This document shows, piece after piece, positions 1 through 10,172 of a DNA stretch of 64,000 nucleotides. Below the pieces are notes generated by a model. It was not told the origin of the DNA. It saw only the letters and a program-made list of their open reading frames with translations, and did not search any database. Position 1 is the first letter of the stretch. Every line of letters begins with the position of its first letter. This DNA comes from an uncultured Verrucomicrobiae bacterium (GTDB lineage: Bacteria; Verrucomicrobiota; Verrucomicrobiia; Chthoniobacterales; Terrimicrobiaceae). Both the position numbers and the translations under genes were made by a program. The stretch spans positions 36,931 to 100,930 of the forward strand of contig CAWGQS010000005.1 of the NCBI GenBank assembly GCA_963824895.1. The letters are read 5' to 3'.

Positions 1-2443
1 GCTTGGCGACATCCTCGACTTCGACACCGGCCCTCTGCCGCCAATCGCGAAAATCAATGATGCATTCGTGTGCGATCCGACCCTTTCGTCCAGAATAGAG
101 GACCGGAAAATAAGGGGCCAACCGCGAGGCAATATAGTTCGCGTTTAAGATCGCCACTCGCGTCGCTTCGAGCAATCCATCGCCACCCATCAAGGCGATG
201 TACATCCAAGAGATCACCAGGATACTGGCGCTTCCCCAGGGCGCTTCTGAGATCTCACCAATTGAGCGCGGGCCGCCGAGGCCGACGACGGAGTGACCCG
301 GCAAAAATGGCACGAGGCGTTCGACGACACATATCGGCCCCACCCCTGGACCACCTCCGCCGTGCGGGATGCAGAAGGTCTTGTGAAGATTCAGATGACA
401 AACGTCGGCGCCGATATGACCCGGTCGGCAAAGGCCGACCTGAGCGTTCATGTTGGCGCCGTCCATGTAGACCAATCCTCCTGCGGCGTGTATTTTTGCG
501 CAGGCCGTTTCGATGGATTCCTCGAAGACTCCATGCGTCGACGGGTAAGTGATCATTAAGGCGGCCAGCGTCTCTCCGTGTTCGCTGATCTTCCTGTCGA
601 GATCAACGTGATCGATGTTGCCCGAGCCATCGCAAGCGACCGTCACGACCTGCATGCCGGCCATGGCCGCGCTCGCTGGATTTGTCCCATGTGCCGAAGT
701 AGGAATAAGGCAGATGTCTCTATCTACGTCCCCACGTGATTGGTGGTATGCGCGAATGACCAGCAACCCGGCGTACTCGCCTTGAGAGCCGGCATTAGGC
801 TGCAAGGAGACCGCGGCAAAGCCGGTGATCTCTGCCAGCCAACCCTCAAGTTGTCTGAAGAGTTCGTGATAACCCCTCACCTGACTGAAAGGCACAAAGG
901 GATGAATATTTGCGACCTTGTCCCAGGTAACCGGAAGCATTTCCGCTGCGGCATTCAATTTCATCGTACAAGAGCCGAGCGGAATCATCGAGGTAGTCAG
1001 GGAAAGATCCCGGGATTCCAGACGGCGTATATACCGCAGGAGTTCTGTCTCGGTATGGTACTTGTTGAAGACAGGATGACTGAGAAACTCGGATTCACGT
1101 TTGAGGCCGCTTCCAATTACTTCCATCGGCTCCGCTGCGATTGCCGCCGGGTCCAGGTCAAATACGGACAGCAGAGTTGAAATGTCCTGCATAGTCTCAT
1201 CGAGCGTGAGACTTATGGCATGGTCGTCGAGTTTGCGGAGGTTGACGCCGTGGACGATCGCGCGCTCCAGGAGATGATCAGCCCGATCTCCAGCGAGCCA
1301 GACGCGGATCGTATCGAAAAATGGACCGGGATGGACCGCCCAATCGCGTTCTTTAAGCGCTCCAGCTAGCTGACAGGTCATCCGATGGATGGCGGCCGCG
1401 ATTGACTTGAGCCCAGTTGGACCGTGATACACAGCATACATCGACGCCATGACTGCGAGGAGCACCTGGGCTGTGCAGATGTTGCTGGTCGCCTTTTCGC
1501 GGCGAATATGCTGTTCCCGGGTTTGCAGCGCTAGGCGCAGGGCCGGGCGTCCTTCGGCATCGCGCGATACTCCTACGAGCCGACCGGGCATGCGCCGCTT
1601 GTATTCGTCTCGGGTGGCCAGGAAAGCGGCGTGTGGTCCGCCGTATCCGAGGGAGACGCCAAATCGCTGCGCGGAGCCAACGACGATGTCAGCTCCGTAT
1701 TCCCCCGGCGGTTTTATCAAAGTAAGCGCAAGCAGGTCGGTAGCGACGATGGCCAGCGCATCCTTAGCGTGCACGAGATCGATGATGGGTCCGAGATCAT
1801 AGATGACCCCATCGGTGGCCGGATATTGAATCAATGCTCCGAAGGCAGTCTCCGACGTAAAATCCCAGATCGATCCTGTGATCAGCCGAATTCCGAGCGG
1901 GATGGCTCGCGTCCGAAGGACGGCAATTGTTTGGGGATGGCAATCGTCGGCGACAAAGAACGCTCCGCCACCTTTGATCGCGTGGGCCATCGTCATGGCT
2001 TCGGCAGCGGCCGTCGATTCGTCGAGAAGTGAGGCATTCGAGATCTCCATCGCCGTCAGGTCACAAACCAAGGTCTGAAAATTCAGAAGGGCCTCCAACC
2101 GCCCCTGCGCGATCTCCGCTTGATAAGGTGTGTAGGCAGTATACCAGCCGGGATTCTCGAGAATATTGCGGCGAATCACCGCCGGCATCCGGCAGTTAGC
2201 ATAGCCCATCCCAATCAAAGATTGTCGGAGCTCGTTCTGGTCCATTATCTCGCGGAGAAGCCCAAGGGCGGCTTCCTCAGATCGCGCGGGCGGCAGATCT
2301 AACGCGGACCTAAGTCGGATGTTCTCCGGAATCGTTTCATCGATGAGATGGTCGAGTGTGGGGACCCCGACAACGCGGACCATTTCTTCGATGTCGTCAG
2401 GCGAAGGTCCGATGTGCCTGCGGACGAACGGCACGGCGCTCAT
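1..2443 (-). CDS. gcvP: Glycine dehydrogenase (decarboxylating), single-chain P-protein; 5' end complete, 3' end cut by the window edge
   Basis: Absent from the ORF track because it runs off the left edge. My own reverse translation from the ATG at 2443-2441 gives [43 protein letters not shown]. The frame stays open to nt 1 and contains the PLP-lysine region [18 protein letters not shown] (about nt 345-397). ATGA overlap with the gcvH stop; gene order is gcvT-gcvH-gcvP. Confidence 0.9.
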   Translation of the reverse strand, partial: MSAVPFVRRHIGPSPDDIEEMVRVVGVPTLDHLIDETIPENIRLRSALDLPPARSEEAALGLLREIMDQNELRQSLIGMGYANCRMPAVIRRNILENPGWYTAYTPYQAEIAQGRLEALLNFQTLVCDLTAMEISNASLLDESTAAAEAMTMAHAIKGGGAFFVADDCHPQTIAVLRTRAIPLGIRLITGSIWDFTSETAFGALIQYPATDGVIYDLGPIIDLVHAKDALAIVATDLLALTLIKPPGEYGADIVVGSAQRFGVSLGYGGPHAAFLATRDEYKRRMPGRLVGVSRDAEGRPALRLALQTREQHIRREKATSNICTAQVLLAVMASMYAVYHGPTGLKSIAAAIHRMTCQLAGALKERDWAVHPGPFFDTIRVWLAGDRADHLLERAIVHGVNLRKLDDHAISLTLDETMQDISTLLSVFDLDPAAIAAEPMEVIGSGLKRESEFLSHPVFNKYHTETELLRYIRRLESRDLSLTTSMIPLGSCTMKLNAAAEMLPVTWDKVANIHPFVPFSQVRGYHELFRQLEGWLAEITGFAAVSLQPNAGSQGEYAGLLVIRAYHQSRGDVDRDICLIPTSAHGTNPASAAMAGMQVVTVACDGSGNIDHVDLDRKISEHGETLAALMITYPSTHGVFEESIETACAKIHAAGGLVYMDGANMNAQVGLCRPGHIGADVCHLNLHKTFCIPHGGGGPGVGPICVVERLVPFLPGHSVVGLGGPRSIGEISEAPWGSASILVISWMYIALMGGDGLLEATRVAILNANYIASRLAPYFPVLYSGRKGRIAHECIIDFRDWRQRAGVEVEDVAK

Positions 2444-2823
2444 CTTTCGGTCTGGGAACGATAAGCTGCCGCGTCCAGCAAGCGATTGAGTTCAGAAGGA
2501 TCAGCGATCCTGATCTTGAAGATCCATCCCGCGCCGTATGGATCTTGATTGAGCAAAGCGGGATTTTCAGACAGTGCCTCGTTGGCTTCGACGATATCCC
2601 CGGCGACGGGGCTGTAGATGTCGCTCGCCGCCTTGACGGACTCGACCACCGCCAACGCGTCTTTCGCAGAAACCTTGGTGCCGATTTTGGGAGGTTCGGC
2701 GAAGACGATGTCCGTCAGTTCAGCCTGTGCGTGATCAGTGATGCCGACCGTGCCGACATCCCCTTCAACGCGAATCCATTCGTGCGTTTCGGCAAACTTC
2801 AAATCCTCGGGAACATCATTCAT
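2440..2823 (-). CDS. gcvH: Glycine cleavage system H protein
   Basis: 127 aa with the lipoyl-lysine motif VESVKAASD. It has 4-nt overlaps with gcvT upstream and gcvP downstream. Confidence 0.95.
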   Translation of the reverse strand: MNDVPEDLKFAETHEWIRVEGDVGTVGITDHAQAELTDIVFAEPPKIGTKVSAKDALAVVESVKAASDIYSPVAGDIVEANEALSENPALLNQDPYGAGWIFKIRIADPSELNRLLDAAAYRSQTER

Positions 2824-3944
2824 GACCTTGGCTTGTAAAATGGCTTCTTGACGACACGGGCTCGATAACGCCGGTCCCGAACCTCAATCTCCAAATCCTG
2901 CCCGGTCTTGGCAAGTGGGAACGGAAGATAGCCTAGGGCGATTCCGCAGCCAAGAGTAGGCGAAAGTGCCCCACTTGTCGTTTCACCAACTTTTTCTCCG
3001 TTCTGCAGAATCGCGTAGTGCGCTCGGATTGGAGGGGACTTTTCTTGAACGCGGATCGCAGAGAGTTTTCTCTTGATGCCTTGCTCCTTCTGCTCCAGGA
3101 GAACGTCGCGACCAGTGAAGCGCTGTTTTTCAAAATCGACGAAAGCGCCGAGCCCCGCTTCAAGGGGTGTGTGACTGCTCGAAAGATCCGAACCATTCAG
3201 CGGATAGCACATTTCAAGGCGCAGAGTGTCGCGCGCGCCGAGGCCGCAGGGCTGAGCGCCCGCCGCGATGAAAGAATCCCAGAACCGCGTCGCTTCACCT
3301 GCAGGAATGACGACCTCAAATCCTAGTTCGCCGGTGTAGCCAGTTGTCGCCAAGAACGAGCCAATCGTATGGATGGAAGACGAATTCCTCTTCCAGCTCG
3401 CAGGTTCCTCGTTGAGCTCGATAATGCGATTTCTTCGCTGCTCCCAGGAAAAGGGAAATACTGTGGAGAAAATTTCCGGCGCTCTTGGTCCCTGAATCGC
3501 CAGAGCCGCATAGTCCTCGCTGAGATTTGCCAGTGCAAGGACGTCATCGGGGCGATCGGGAAGATGGTCACGCAGCCACGCGAAGTCCTCATCGATTTTC
3601 GCGGCATTGACAATCAAGAGAAACTCCTGCGGCGCCGTTCGGTACAAAATGAGATCGTCAATGATGCCGCCCTGGGAATTGAGCAAGAGCGAATACTGAG
3701 CCTGGCCTTCCTCGACTTCGGCGACGGAATTTGTGAGGAGCGAATCCAACCATAAGCAGGCGTCGGGGCCGCGGATAACGAACTCGCCCATGTGAGAAAT
3801 ATCGAAAATCCCGCAGTCCTCCCGGACTGCCCGGTGTTCGTCGAGAATGCCGCGATACTGGACCGGCATCTCCCAGCCGGCAAAGTCGACCATGCGCGCT
3901 CCGCCGGCCACGTGCGTATCGTAAAGTGGCGTGCGGCGGATCAT
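2820..3944 (-). CDS. gcvT: Aminomethyltransferase (glycine cleavage T protein)
   Basis: 374 aa with typical T-protein segments ([17 protein letters not shown]). The start overlaps the speA stop (ATGA at 3941-3944). Confidence 0.95.
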   Translation of the reverse strand: MIRRTPLYDTHVAGGARMVDFAGWEMPVQYRGILDEHRAVREDCGIFDISHMGEFVIRGPDACLWLDSLLTNSVAEVEEGQAQYSLLLNSQGGIIDDLILYRTAPQEFLLIVNAAKIDEDFAWLRDHLPDRPDDVLALANLSEDYAALAIQGPRAPEIFSTVFPFSWEQRRNRIIELNEEPASWKRNSSSIHTIGSFLATTGYTGELGFEVVIPAGEATRFWDSFIAAGAQPCGLGARDTLRLEMCYPLNGSDLSSSHTPLEAGLGAFVDFEKQRFTGRDVLLEQKEQGIKRKLSAIRVQEKSPPIRAHYAILQNGEKVGETTSGALSPTLGCGIALGYLPFPLAKTGQDLEIEVRDRRYRARVVKKPFYKPRS

Positions 3945-5866
3945 CGCTTCTTCTTCTGATCGTCAAAGTTTAGGTAGGTATACGTGGAGAGACACTTCTC
4001 GTAATCATCGAGCACCCGCATCGCCTCGCTGGGCTTGAGTCGATCGCTCTTGATAGCCGCATCCACCTGCGACTTGAGTCGGCGGGCGATTTCGTTGGTG
4101 TCCCATTGCGTCAAGGAAAGGACTTGGCCGATCGTGCTGCCGGGTAGGACCTCCTCGACGTAGTACCCACAGTCCTCGTCCTCATCCAGATAGATATGCA
4201 TTTCGTTCACTCGGCCGAAGAGGTTGTGCATATCCCCCATGATATCCTGATAGGCTCCCACGAGAAAAAAGCCGATATAGTACGGTTCGCCAGGTTCCCA
4301 GCGGTGCAAGGGAAGGGTCTCTTTGACGTCCTGAAGGTCCACGAACTTGCTTACTTTCCCATCTGAGTCGCATGTGATGTCGACAATCGTCGCGTTGCGG
4401 TCGGGGAGCTTATTCAGTCTGTGCAGCGGCATCACCGGGAACAACTGGCCCAGTGCCCAATGGTCGAGAAGAGATTGGAAGACGGAAAAATTGCAAAGGA
4501 ACTGGTCGCCCAACGCGACCTCCATCTCTTTTACTTCTTCCGGAATGTAACGCATGCCCCGAAACATCGCGACCACGGCGCCGGCAATGTGCCAGTAGAC
4601 GGTTTCGATTTTCGCCTTAGCCCGTAAATCGAGCAGTCCCAGGTCGAACATAGCCTGTGCACGTTCACGTATTTCGTGAGCATCGTGGAGATTTTCCAGG
4701 CGGTTCTTCCTCTCAAGATTTTCGAAGATCTCGACAATATCGTGAACAATCTGGGGATCGTCCTCAGTGGCGCTAATTTTTTCGCCGTTGGGGCTTTTTT
4801 CGATGGAGCCAAAGGCCTCAACAATGAGGACAGAATGATGGGCGACGATGGCACGTCCGCTTTCGCTCACGATGGTGGGATGAGGAACCCCTTCCGCGTC
4901 GCAAACCTCCATGATGCTGTAAACGATGTCGCGAGCATATTCGTTGAGCGAATAGTTCGTTGAGCTGTCGAAGGTTGTTCGTGAACCATCATAGTCCACG
5001 CCGAGACCACCTCCCACGTCAAGGTAGCCCAGTTCATGGCCCATCTTGTGAAGCTTCGAATAAAATCGCGCGGCCTCCTTGGTGGCGCGCTTGATCGTCC
5101 CAATATCAGGAACCTGAGAACCTACATGAAAGTGCACCAGCTTCAGCGCATGGGCGAGACCGGCCTCTGTCAGAAGGTCAGAGGCGGCTACGAGCTCCGC
5201 GGTGGAAAGACCGAATTTTGCGTTTTCCCCGCCGCTGGTCGCCCACTTACCGGCTCCCTTGGAAAGCAGACGCACGCGGAAGCCGATGTGGGGGTCCACC
5301 TTCATCTGGGCGGAGACTTTGAGGATATGTATCAACTCCTCGAGCTTCTCAACGACAAGAATGACCTGCTTTCCCAACTTTCGTCCCAGCAGGGCAGTGC
5401 GCACAAAGTCAGTGTCCTTATAGCCGTTGCACACGATCAGGCTGTCAAGATCGTCGTGAAGAGCCAGCGCTGCCATGAGCTCCGGCTTGCTTCCTGCCTC
5501 GAGACCAAAATGCCACCGCTTGCCGGCATCGAGGATCTCTTCGACGACTTCTCGCAGCTGGTTCACCTTGATGGGAAAAACGCCTCGGTAGACATTGCGA
5601 TACCCCATGGTCTCAATCGCCTCGGCGAAGGCCTGGTTGATGGTCTCCACGCGATCGCGCAAGAGATCGTGAAAACGCACCGTCAGGGGAAAGCCCAGCT
5701 TGCGCCGTTTTGCTTCCGCGACGACCTCCATGAGATCAATCTTCTGATCGTTCGATCGGTTGGGCAAAACAACGATATTTCCCTTCCGGTTCACGGTGAA
5801 GTATCCCTCGCCCCAGCGGTCTACGTTGTAGAGAGAGATTGCGTCTTCTCGGCCGAAATCAGGCAT
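3941..5866 (-). CDS. speA: Biosynthetic arginine decarboxylase
   Basis: 641 aa. The N-terminal YNVDRWGEGYFTVN, FPIKVNQ and GLEAGSKPELMAAL segments match the SpeA family as I remember it. Confidence 0.9.
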   Translation of the reverse strand: MPDFGREDAISLYNVDRWGEGYFTVNRKGNIVVLPNRSNDQKIDLMEVVAEAKRRKLGFPLTVRFHDLLRDRVETINQAFAEAIETMGYRNVYRGVFPIKVNQLREVVEEILDAGKRWHFGLEAGSKPELMAALALHDDLDSLIVCNGYKDTDFVRTALLGRKLGKQVILVVEKLEELIHILKVSAQMKVDPHIGFRVRLLSKGAGKWATSGGENAKFGLSTAELVAASDLLTEAGLAHALKLVHFHVGSQVPDIGTIKRATKEAARFYSKLHKMGHELGYLDVGGGLGVDYDGSRTTFDSSTNYSLNEYARDIVYSIMEVCDAEGVPHPTIVSESGRAIVAHHSVLIVEAFGSIEKSPNGEKISATEDDPQIVHDIVEIFENLERKNRLENLHDAHEIRERAQAMFDLGLLDLRAKAKIETVYWHIAGAVVAMFRGMRYIPEEVKEMEVALGDQFLCNFSVFQSLLDHWALGQLFPVMPLHRLNKLPDRNATIVDITCDSDGKVSKFVDLQDVKETLPLHRWEPGEPYYIGFFLVGAYQDIMGDMHNLFGRVNEMHIYLDEDEDCGYYVEEVLPGSTIGQVLSLTQWDTNEIARRLKSQVDAAIKSDRLKPSEAMRVLDDYEKCLSTYTYLNFDDQKKKR

Positions 5867-6009
5867 GGTCGCGCGGAAATATCAGCGTGACGCCGGAAAA
5901 TCCAATCCCCATTTTCGTCAGTGGCCAAAAAAGGCCGCTTATGTTTGCCTTGCCATCCACGGACAATGAGATTGAAACGATGATCAAAGTGCGGAAAACG
6001 CTTTAAACG

Positions 6010-7350
6010 ATGATGCTATTTGAATTGGGATGGCAGCTTCTCGTCATCCTTCTGCTTGTCTGCGCGAACGGGTTCTTCGTGGCAGCGGAGTTTGCCATCG
6101 TTAAGATCCGGGGCAGTCAGCTCAAGCCGCTGTTAAAGACAGGGGATTGGCGGGTTCCCATGGCGCTGAAAGCGGTGAACAATCTTGATGCCTGCCTTTC
6201 CGCCACTCAGCTGGGAATTACTCTCGCCAGCCTTGGCCTTGGCTGGCTGGGAGAGCCGTTTTTGGCACACTGGTTGGAGCCTGCGTTTGCAGCTTTTGGG
6301 ATGACCAGCGTCCGGTTGCAGCAATCGCTGTCGTTTGGTGTGGCGTTTACCATCATCACCTTCCTGCATATCGTTCTCGGTGAACTTGCTCCAAAATCAT
6401 TGGCCATTCAGCGGCCCCGAGGAGTCTCCCTCTGGGTGGCAGCACCGCTCCTCGTTTTCTACTATATCTTCTACCCATTCATTTACGTCCTGAACGGCAC
6501 GGCCAACATGTTCCTGCGCTGGGCAGGATTGGAGCCAGCTTCCGAAAGTGAACACGCGTTCACCGCCGACGAGTTGGAGTACGTCTTGAGCCGTTCCAGG
6601 CACATTCACTCGGGCGACGCGTTGATCAATAAAATCATGGTCCGTTCGCTGCGTCTGCGCGATGTGACAGCGCAGCAAGTGATGCTCCCACGCACGCAGG
6701 TCGTGGCGCTTTGGGTCGACAAGGATATCGACGAGAATCTTAAGATCGCCCAAAAGAGTGGTCATAGCCGCTTCCCCGTCTGTCAGGAATCTCTTGATAA
6801 CGTGCTGGGAATGGTCCTCATCAAGGAATGGCTGTGGCAAATTCAAGCGCTGGGAGAAAAGTCTTCCTTTCAGCCCCTCATGCGTCCTGTGCTGACTTTC
6901 TTTCCGATGACGCCATTGCCGACAATGATGGAGCTGTTTCGCTCCTCGCGCCGTCACCTTGCTGTTGTGATTGATACCAATGAAGCCATGGTCGGTATCA
7001 TCACCTTTGAGGACGTCCTCGAAGAGATCGTGGGAGAAATCCGAGACGAACTCGACATCGAGAGAGGCCCGATCTTCGAGCAGACCGAACACTCCATCGT
7101 CGTCGATGCCTCACTGCCCATCCGAGAACTCCGCGCTGAGACGGGCTGGAACTTTGAGTTTCAACCCCGTGAATCCGTGGAAGCCTGGGTAAAGCGGCAT
7201 GCCGGGCGGCTCTTGCAACGAGACGAAAGTCTGCGAATCGGCGAGTTTGAGATCACGGCGTTGCAAACACACGCCTCAGGCCTGCGCCGGGTGCGGATTA
7301 CCCGCCTGTCGACCGAGGGAACCGACGCGAAAGAGCTGGTCAGTGTATGA
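6010..7350 (+). CDS. CNNM/CorC/TlyC-type membrane protein (DUF21 TM domain + CBS pair + CorC_HlyC C-terminal domain)
   Basis: 446 aa. Hydrophobic N-terminal third, a central CBS-like region (VMLPRTQVVAL, AVVIDTNEAMVGIITFEDVLEEIVGEI) and a C-terminal transporter-associated domain. Confidence 0.85.
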   Translation: MMLFELGWQLLVILLLVCANGFFVAAEFAIVKIRGSQLKPLLKTGDWRVPMALKAVNNLDACLSATQLGITLASLGLGWLGEPFLAHWLEPAFAAFGMTSVRLQQSLSFGVAFTIITFLHIVLGELAPKSLAIQRPRGVSLWVAAPLLVFYYIFYPFIYVLNGTANMFLRWAGLEPASESEHAFTADELEYVLSRSRHIHSGDALINKIMVRSLRLRDVTAQQVMLPRTQVVALWVDKDIDENLKIAQKSGHSRFPVCQESLDNVLGMVLIKEWLWQIQALGEKSSFQPLMRPVLTFFPMTPLPTMMELFRSSRRHLAVVIDTNEAMVGIITFEDVLEEIVGEIRDELDIERGPIFEQTEHSIVVDASLPIRELRAETGWNFEFQPRESVEAWVKRHAGRLLQRDESLRIGEFEITALQTHASGLRRVRITRLSTEGTDAKELVSV

Positions 7351-7442
7351 AGGCCGTGCCCGGGAACACTCTTGCACCGTCCGGGGATTGTGGATTAATA
7401 TGCGACCGTATTCCAATTCGGCGCATGGATGCGGAAACTTCG

Positions 7443-7472
7443 CAAGCAGAGCCGCCGGCTTGGAGTTTTTTT
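7443..7472 (+). terminator. Weak hairpin followed by a T7 run downstream of the CNNM gene
   Basis: CAAGC (7443-7447) pairs with GCTTG (7458-7462), followed by GAG and TTTTTTT (7466-7472). The stem is only 5 bp, so this is tentative. Confidence 0.3.
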
Positions 7473-7486
7473 AGTTTAGGATCCGC

Positions 7487-7558
7487 GGGTTGGTAGCTCA
7501 ATGGTAGAGCAGCGCCCTTTTAAGGCGTTGGTTGAGGGTTCGAGTCCCTCCCAACCCA
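7487..7558 (+). tRNA. tRNA-Lys (anticodon UUU), CCA not encoded
   Basis: Cloverleaf folded by hand. Acceptor GGGTTGG/CCAACCC, D arm GCTC-AATGGTA-GAGC, anticodon stem GCGCC/GGCGT with loop CTTTTAA, T arm GAGGG-TTCGAGT-CCCTC, discriminator A. Confidence 0.85.
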
Positions 7559-7689
7559 CTCGCTCAAAATACTCTGTAAAGCTGATAAATAAAGGGATGA
7601 CGGCCAGCTACTGGCCAAAAGCCGATTGCAAATGGATCCGCCCGAAAACGCCCAAATAGGCATCCTATCCGGCAAGTATTTGACAAGTG

Positions 7690-7959
7690 ACAAGTCAGAG
7701 AAGCTCGCCAGCACCCCGCAACTCGACATGGCCCACTGGTTCAGGCCGACAGCGGCGAATTATTTCAGCCGGATCGGCAAGGCGGACATTCTCGCGGCGC
7801 TGCGGGAAGCCAAGGTCGCGACAGCCCCCGCCGGCAAAGGCCAGAAAGGCCGACCTCGCCGTTCTCGCGGAGCAGCATATCGCCGGAACGGGCTGGCTGC
7901 CCGAGTTCCTGCGCGGTCCCGCAGCCGCGCCCGCGACGGATTTGAAGGAAGCGACCTGA
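7690..7959 (+). pseudogene. C-terminal fragment of an ICE/plasmid ParB-like protein, frameshifted
   Basis: One frame reads DKSEKLASTPQLDMAHWFRPTAANYFSRIGKADILAALREAK. After a frame change near 7820-7845 the sense continues as KADLAVLAEQHIAGTGWLPEFLR up to the stop at 7959. No N-terminal ParB domain is present. The family match is from memory. Confidence 0.5.
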
Positions 7960-7967
7960 AAACGCGG

Positions 7968-7993
7968 GAGAGGCCGCCTCCGGGCGGTCTCTC
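7968..7993 (+). terminator. Strong GC stem-loop after the ParB-like fragment (no U-tract)
   Basis: GAGAGGCCGCC (7968-7978), loop TCCG, GGCGGTCTCTC (7983-7993). This is an 11-bp stem with one G-U pair. Confidence 0.35.
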
Positions 7994-8160
7994 TCCGGCC
8001 ATGGCCCCCTCCCCTTCGCCGGTCGTCCTCAACCGGCAGGGAATGCTGGCCGCGCGCGTCCGCCTGTCAACAGGCCGCCCGCTCCACCGGCTGCGCCGCC
8101 GTGCCGGCCGTCTGACGCAAATGTTCCTGAGGCCCCTTTGGTATACGTAAAATAGGTTTT

Positions 8161-8919
8161 ATGAAGAACGATCTGGAGAAAATGAGAGCGCCTGGCATTG
8201 GCCCCTCCCTGTTTCTGCGCGGCATTCTGGCAGCGGCGTCCATGGCGGCTTTTGCGTGGACTGATACCGCGCGGGCGGATGATCAAGATCTCGACTGGGC
8301 CGGCTTATGGGCGGACTGCCTTGCGCGGCAAAAGGGCCTGATGTGGAACAAGGAGACGCGTCGCGCCCTCTCCGCCTATGCGGAACGCTTTGAAAGACTC
8401 AGGGACAGGCCGCTGGGGGAAAAATGCGCCGCCGTCAACGCGGCTGTCAACAAAGACATCGCCTTCGTATGGGACCAGTGGAATTACGCGATTGAGGAGC
8501 GTTTCGCCACCCCCGCCGAAACCCTGCGCGAGGGCAGGGGCGATTGCGAAGATTTCGCCATCATGAAATATTTCTTGCTGCGCCATCTGGATGTGCCGGC
8601 CGACAACCTGCTGCTGGCGGTGGTCGACATTCCCGACGGGAAGCACATGGTCCTTCTGGCGGGAGAGGCGCCCCTCTTTCAGGCTGGAATCCGCGGCATG
8701 TTCCTGGGCACGCGCCCGACGGGCATCCTGGTCCTAGACAACAAGAATCGGGACAAACCGCCGCCCGCGCTCGAAAGCGCGCCCTATCGCGACGGCCATT
8801 TTCTCATGAACGAAAAGAAGGCTCTGAAAAAGGGCGCTGACAACGCATGGCGGATGGAGCGGGAATATAAACCAATTCCGCTGGCTAGACTCTTCCCGCT
8901 CAGAAAGGCTTCGCCATAG
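8161..8919 (+). CDS. Bacterial transglutaminase-like cysteine proteinase (BTLCP / peptidase C93, LapG-like)
   Basis: 252 aa with a signal-like N-terminus. The Cys motif is GRGDCEDFAIMKYFLL, with later GKHMVLL (His) and VLDN (Asp), matching the C-H-D pattern of this family. Confidence 0.75.
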   Translation: MKNDLEKMRAPGIGPSLFLRGILAAASMAAFAWTDTARADDQDLDWAGLWADCLARQKGLMWNKETRRALSAYAERFERLRDRPLGEKCAAVNAAVNKDIAFVWDQWNYAIEERFATPAETLREGRGDCEDFAIMKYFLLRHLDVPADNLLLAVVDIPDGKHMVLLAGEAPLFQAGIRGMFLGTRPTGILVLDNKNRDKPPPALESAPYRDGHFLMNEKKALKKGADNAWRMEREYKPIPLARLFPLRKASP

Positions 8920-9058
8920 CCATCGCCACGATGATCAGAAGGAGGATCGTCGGCACCTCGTTCCAGAAGCGGTAGAAATTCGCCGTGCGGGTGTTCCCGT
9001 CGCGCTCGAAAATCTTGCGCCACCGCACATAGCGGCCATGCACCGCGCTCATCAAGAA
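8900..9058 (-). pseudogene. C-terminal fragment of protoporphyrinogen oxidase HemJ-like membrane protein
   Basis: The tail of ORF 8900..9133 reads LMSAVHGRYVRWRKIFERDGNTRTANFYRFWNEVPTILLLIIVAMAMAKPF. This matches the conserved HemJ C-terminus (FR..NE.PTILL..IV). The upstream part of that ORF is antisense to the ArdC fragment. Confidence 0.5.
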
Positions 9059-9210
9059 GGGCGAGCACGGCTCCCCCGTCGTCTTCGCCAGCAAATTCAC
9101 GAAGACGGAACAGACGGACGACGGCGCGGACATCGAGCGCGAAATCCCCTTCCTGAAAAGCTATACCGTCTTCAACGCCGACCAGATCCAGGGCGTGCCC
9201 GCGCATTCAA
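9049..9210 (+). pseudogene. Internal fragment of an ArdC-like antirestriction protein
   Basis: My own translation gives IKKGEHGSPVVFASKFTKTEQTDDGADIEREIPFLKSYTVFNADQIQGVPAH. This is the conserved KGE..vvf ... YTVFN..Q..G segment of the ArdC N-terminal domain. There is no start and no metalloprotease domain. Confidence 0.55.
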
Positions 9211-9374
9211 GGTGGAGACCTGCCGGGAGGCTTATAACCTTAACCACCCGTTTGACGTCACGGACCTGGGCGGCGAGGACCCGAAAGGAAAAGTTGGCGG
9301 GCTCTTCTGGTGAGCCATAGAACACAAAAGGACAATAACGCAGGGTCCCGGCAGCCAAGGTCCCCATAATAGCG

Positions 9375-9659
9375 TTATGGCTGATGCCCCTGCTGGCAGG
9401 CGCATACGTCGGCCAGGGTGCCCTCAATCACTACGATCATGCGACCTACATAGCGCCCGCGCCGGAGCTCCTTTTCAAAGCGTTGCCGGCTTGCGCCAAT
9501 GCAGCTAACCATGTCGCTGGCGGTCTTGCGTTCAATAACCGGGCCTTCGGGCAAGGCTGATAACACAATATCACCAGTCTCAAGGTTCCCACGGACGAGC
9601 TCCCAGCCCTCAGGAAGAAACTTGGCCCAAGGATGCGGCCGGGGATCGCGGCTGTCCAC
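9375..9659 (-). pseudogene. ERCC4-type nuclease domain fragment (short, probably truncated)
   Basis: 94 aa with a GTG start. The pattern VDSRD...LETGDIVLS...IERKTASDMVSCI fits the ERCC4/XPF core. A possible N-terminal piece lies in another frame upstream (about 9690-9755). Confidence 0.45.
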
Positions 9660-9902
9660 AGTCAGCCTCAGTTGGGCCCCCGATGGAGCCTATAAAACTC
9701 CGCCCTGTGCTCAGGGTTGCTGAAGTCGAAGACATCCTCGGGAACTCCGTATTGACTGCGCATTCTGCGCCTCACCCATGAATTCGCAGCAAGTGCTCCC
9801 CTCGCAAGCGTGTCGCTCGCCGATTCTCACTTGCACGTGCCGCACTGAGGACCAGTCCGAAGAACAGAGGTTTGACTGACCAAACGCATTTCCGCTACCC
9901 TC

Positions 9903-10172
9903 ATGCCGCCCACAAGTCTGTCGATGAAAGAAGAACGGGAGCAGTCCAGTGATGCCAAACCAGTGCCGTACAAGGCAGTTCGGGTTTGGCTTTCAAACGG
10001 AACAAGGACGTTGGGGATGTGGACCGGCAGCCGTTGGTGGAGCACCAAGGGCGAGATCAATCCCGTAAAGTGGGAACTTGAAGTCCGAAAGAAAAAGAAG
10101 ACCGAAAAGCTTCTAAAAAAGCTTCCCAAGTCCGAGCGGCCGGACAGTGAACCACCCAAGGAAGACAAGTAG
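9903..10172 (+). CDS. Hypothetical small Trp- and Lys-rich protein
   Basis: 89-aa ORF with no obvious RBS. The W-rich core (VRVWLSNGTRTLGMWTGSRWWSTKGEINPVKWE) vaguely resembles small phage proteins. I cannot assign a family. Confidence 0.25.
   Translation: MPPTSLSMKEEREQSSDAKPVPYKAVRVWLSNGTRTLGMWTGSRWWSTKGEINPVKWELEVRKKKKTEKLLKKLPKSERPDSEPPKEDK

Noticed and set aside
3930-3960. A glycine riboswitch, expected upstream of gcvT
   Set aside because: The gcvT start overlaps the speA stop, so there is no non-coding DNA to hold a riboswitch.
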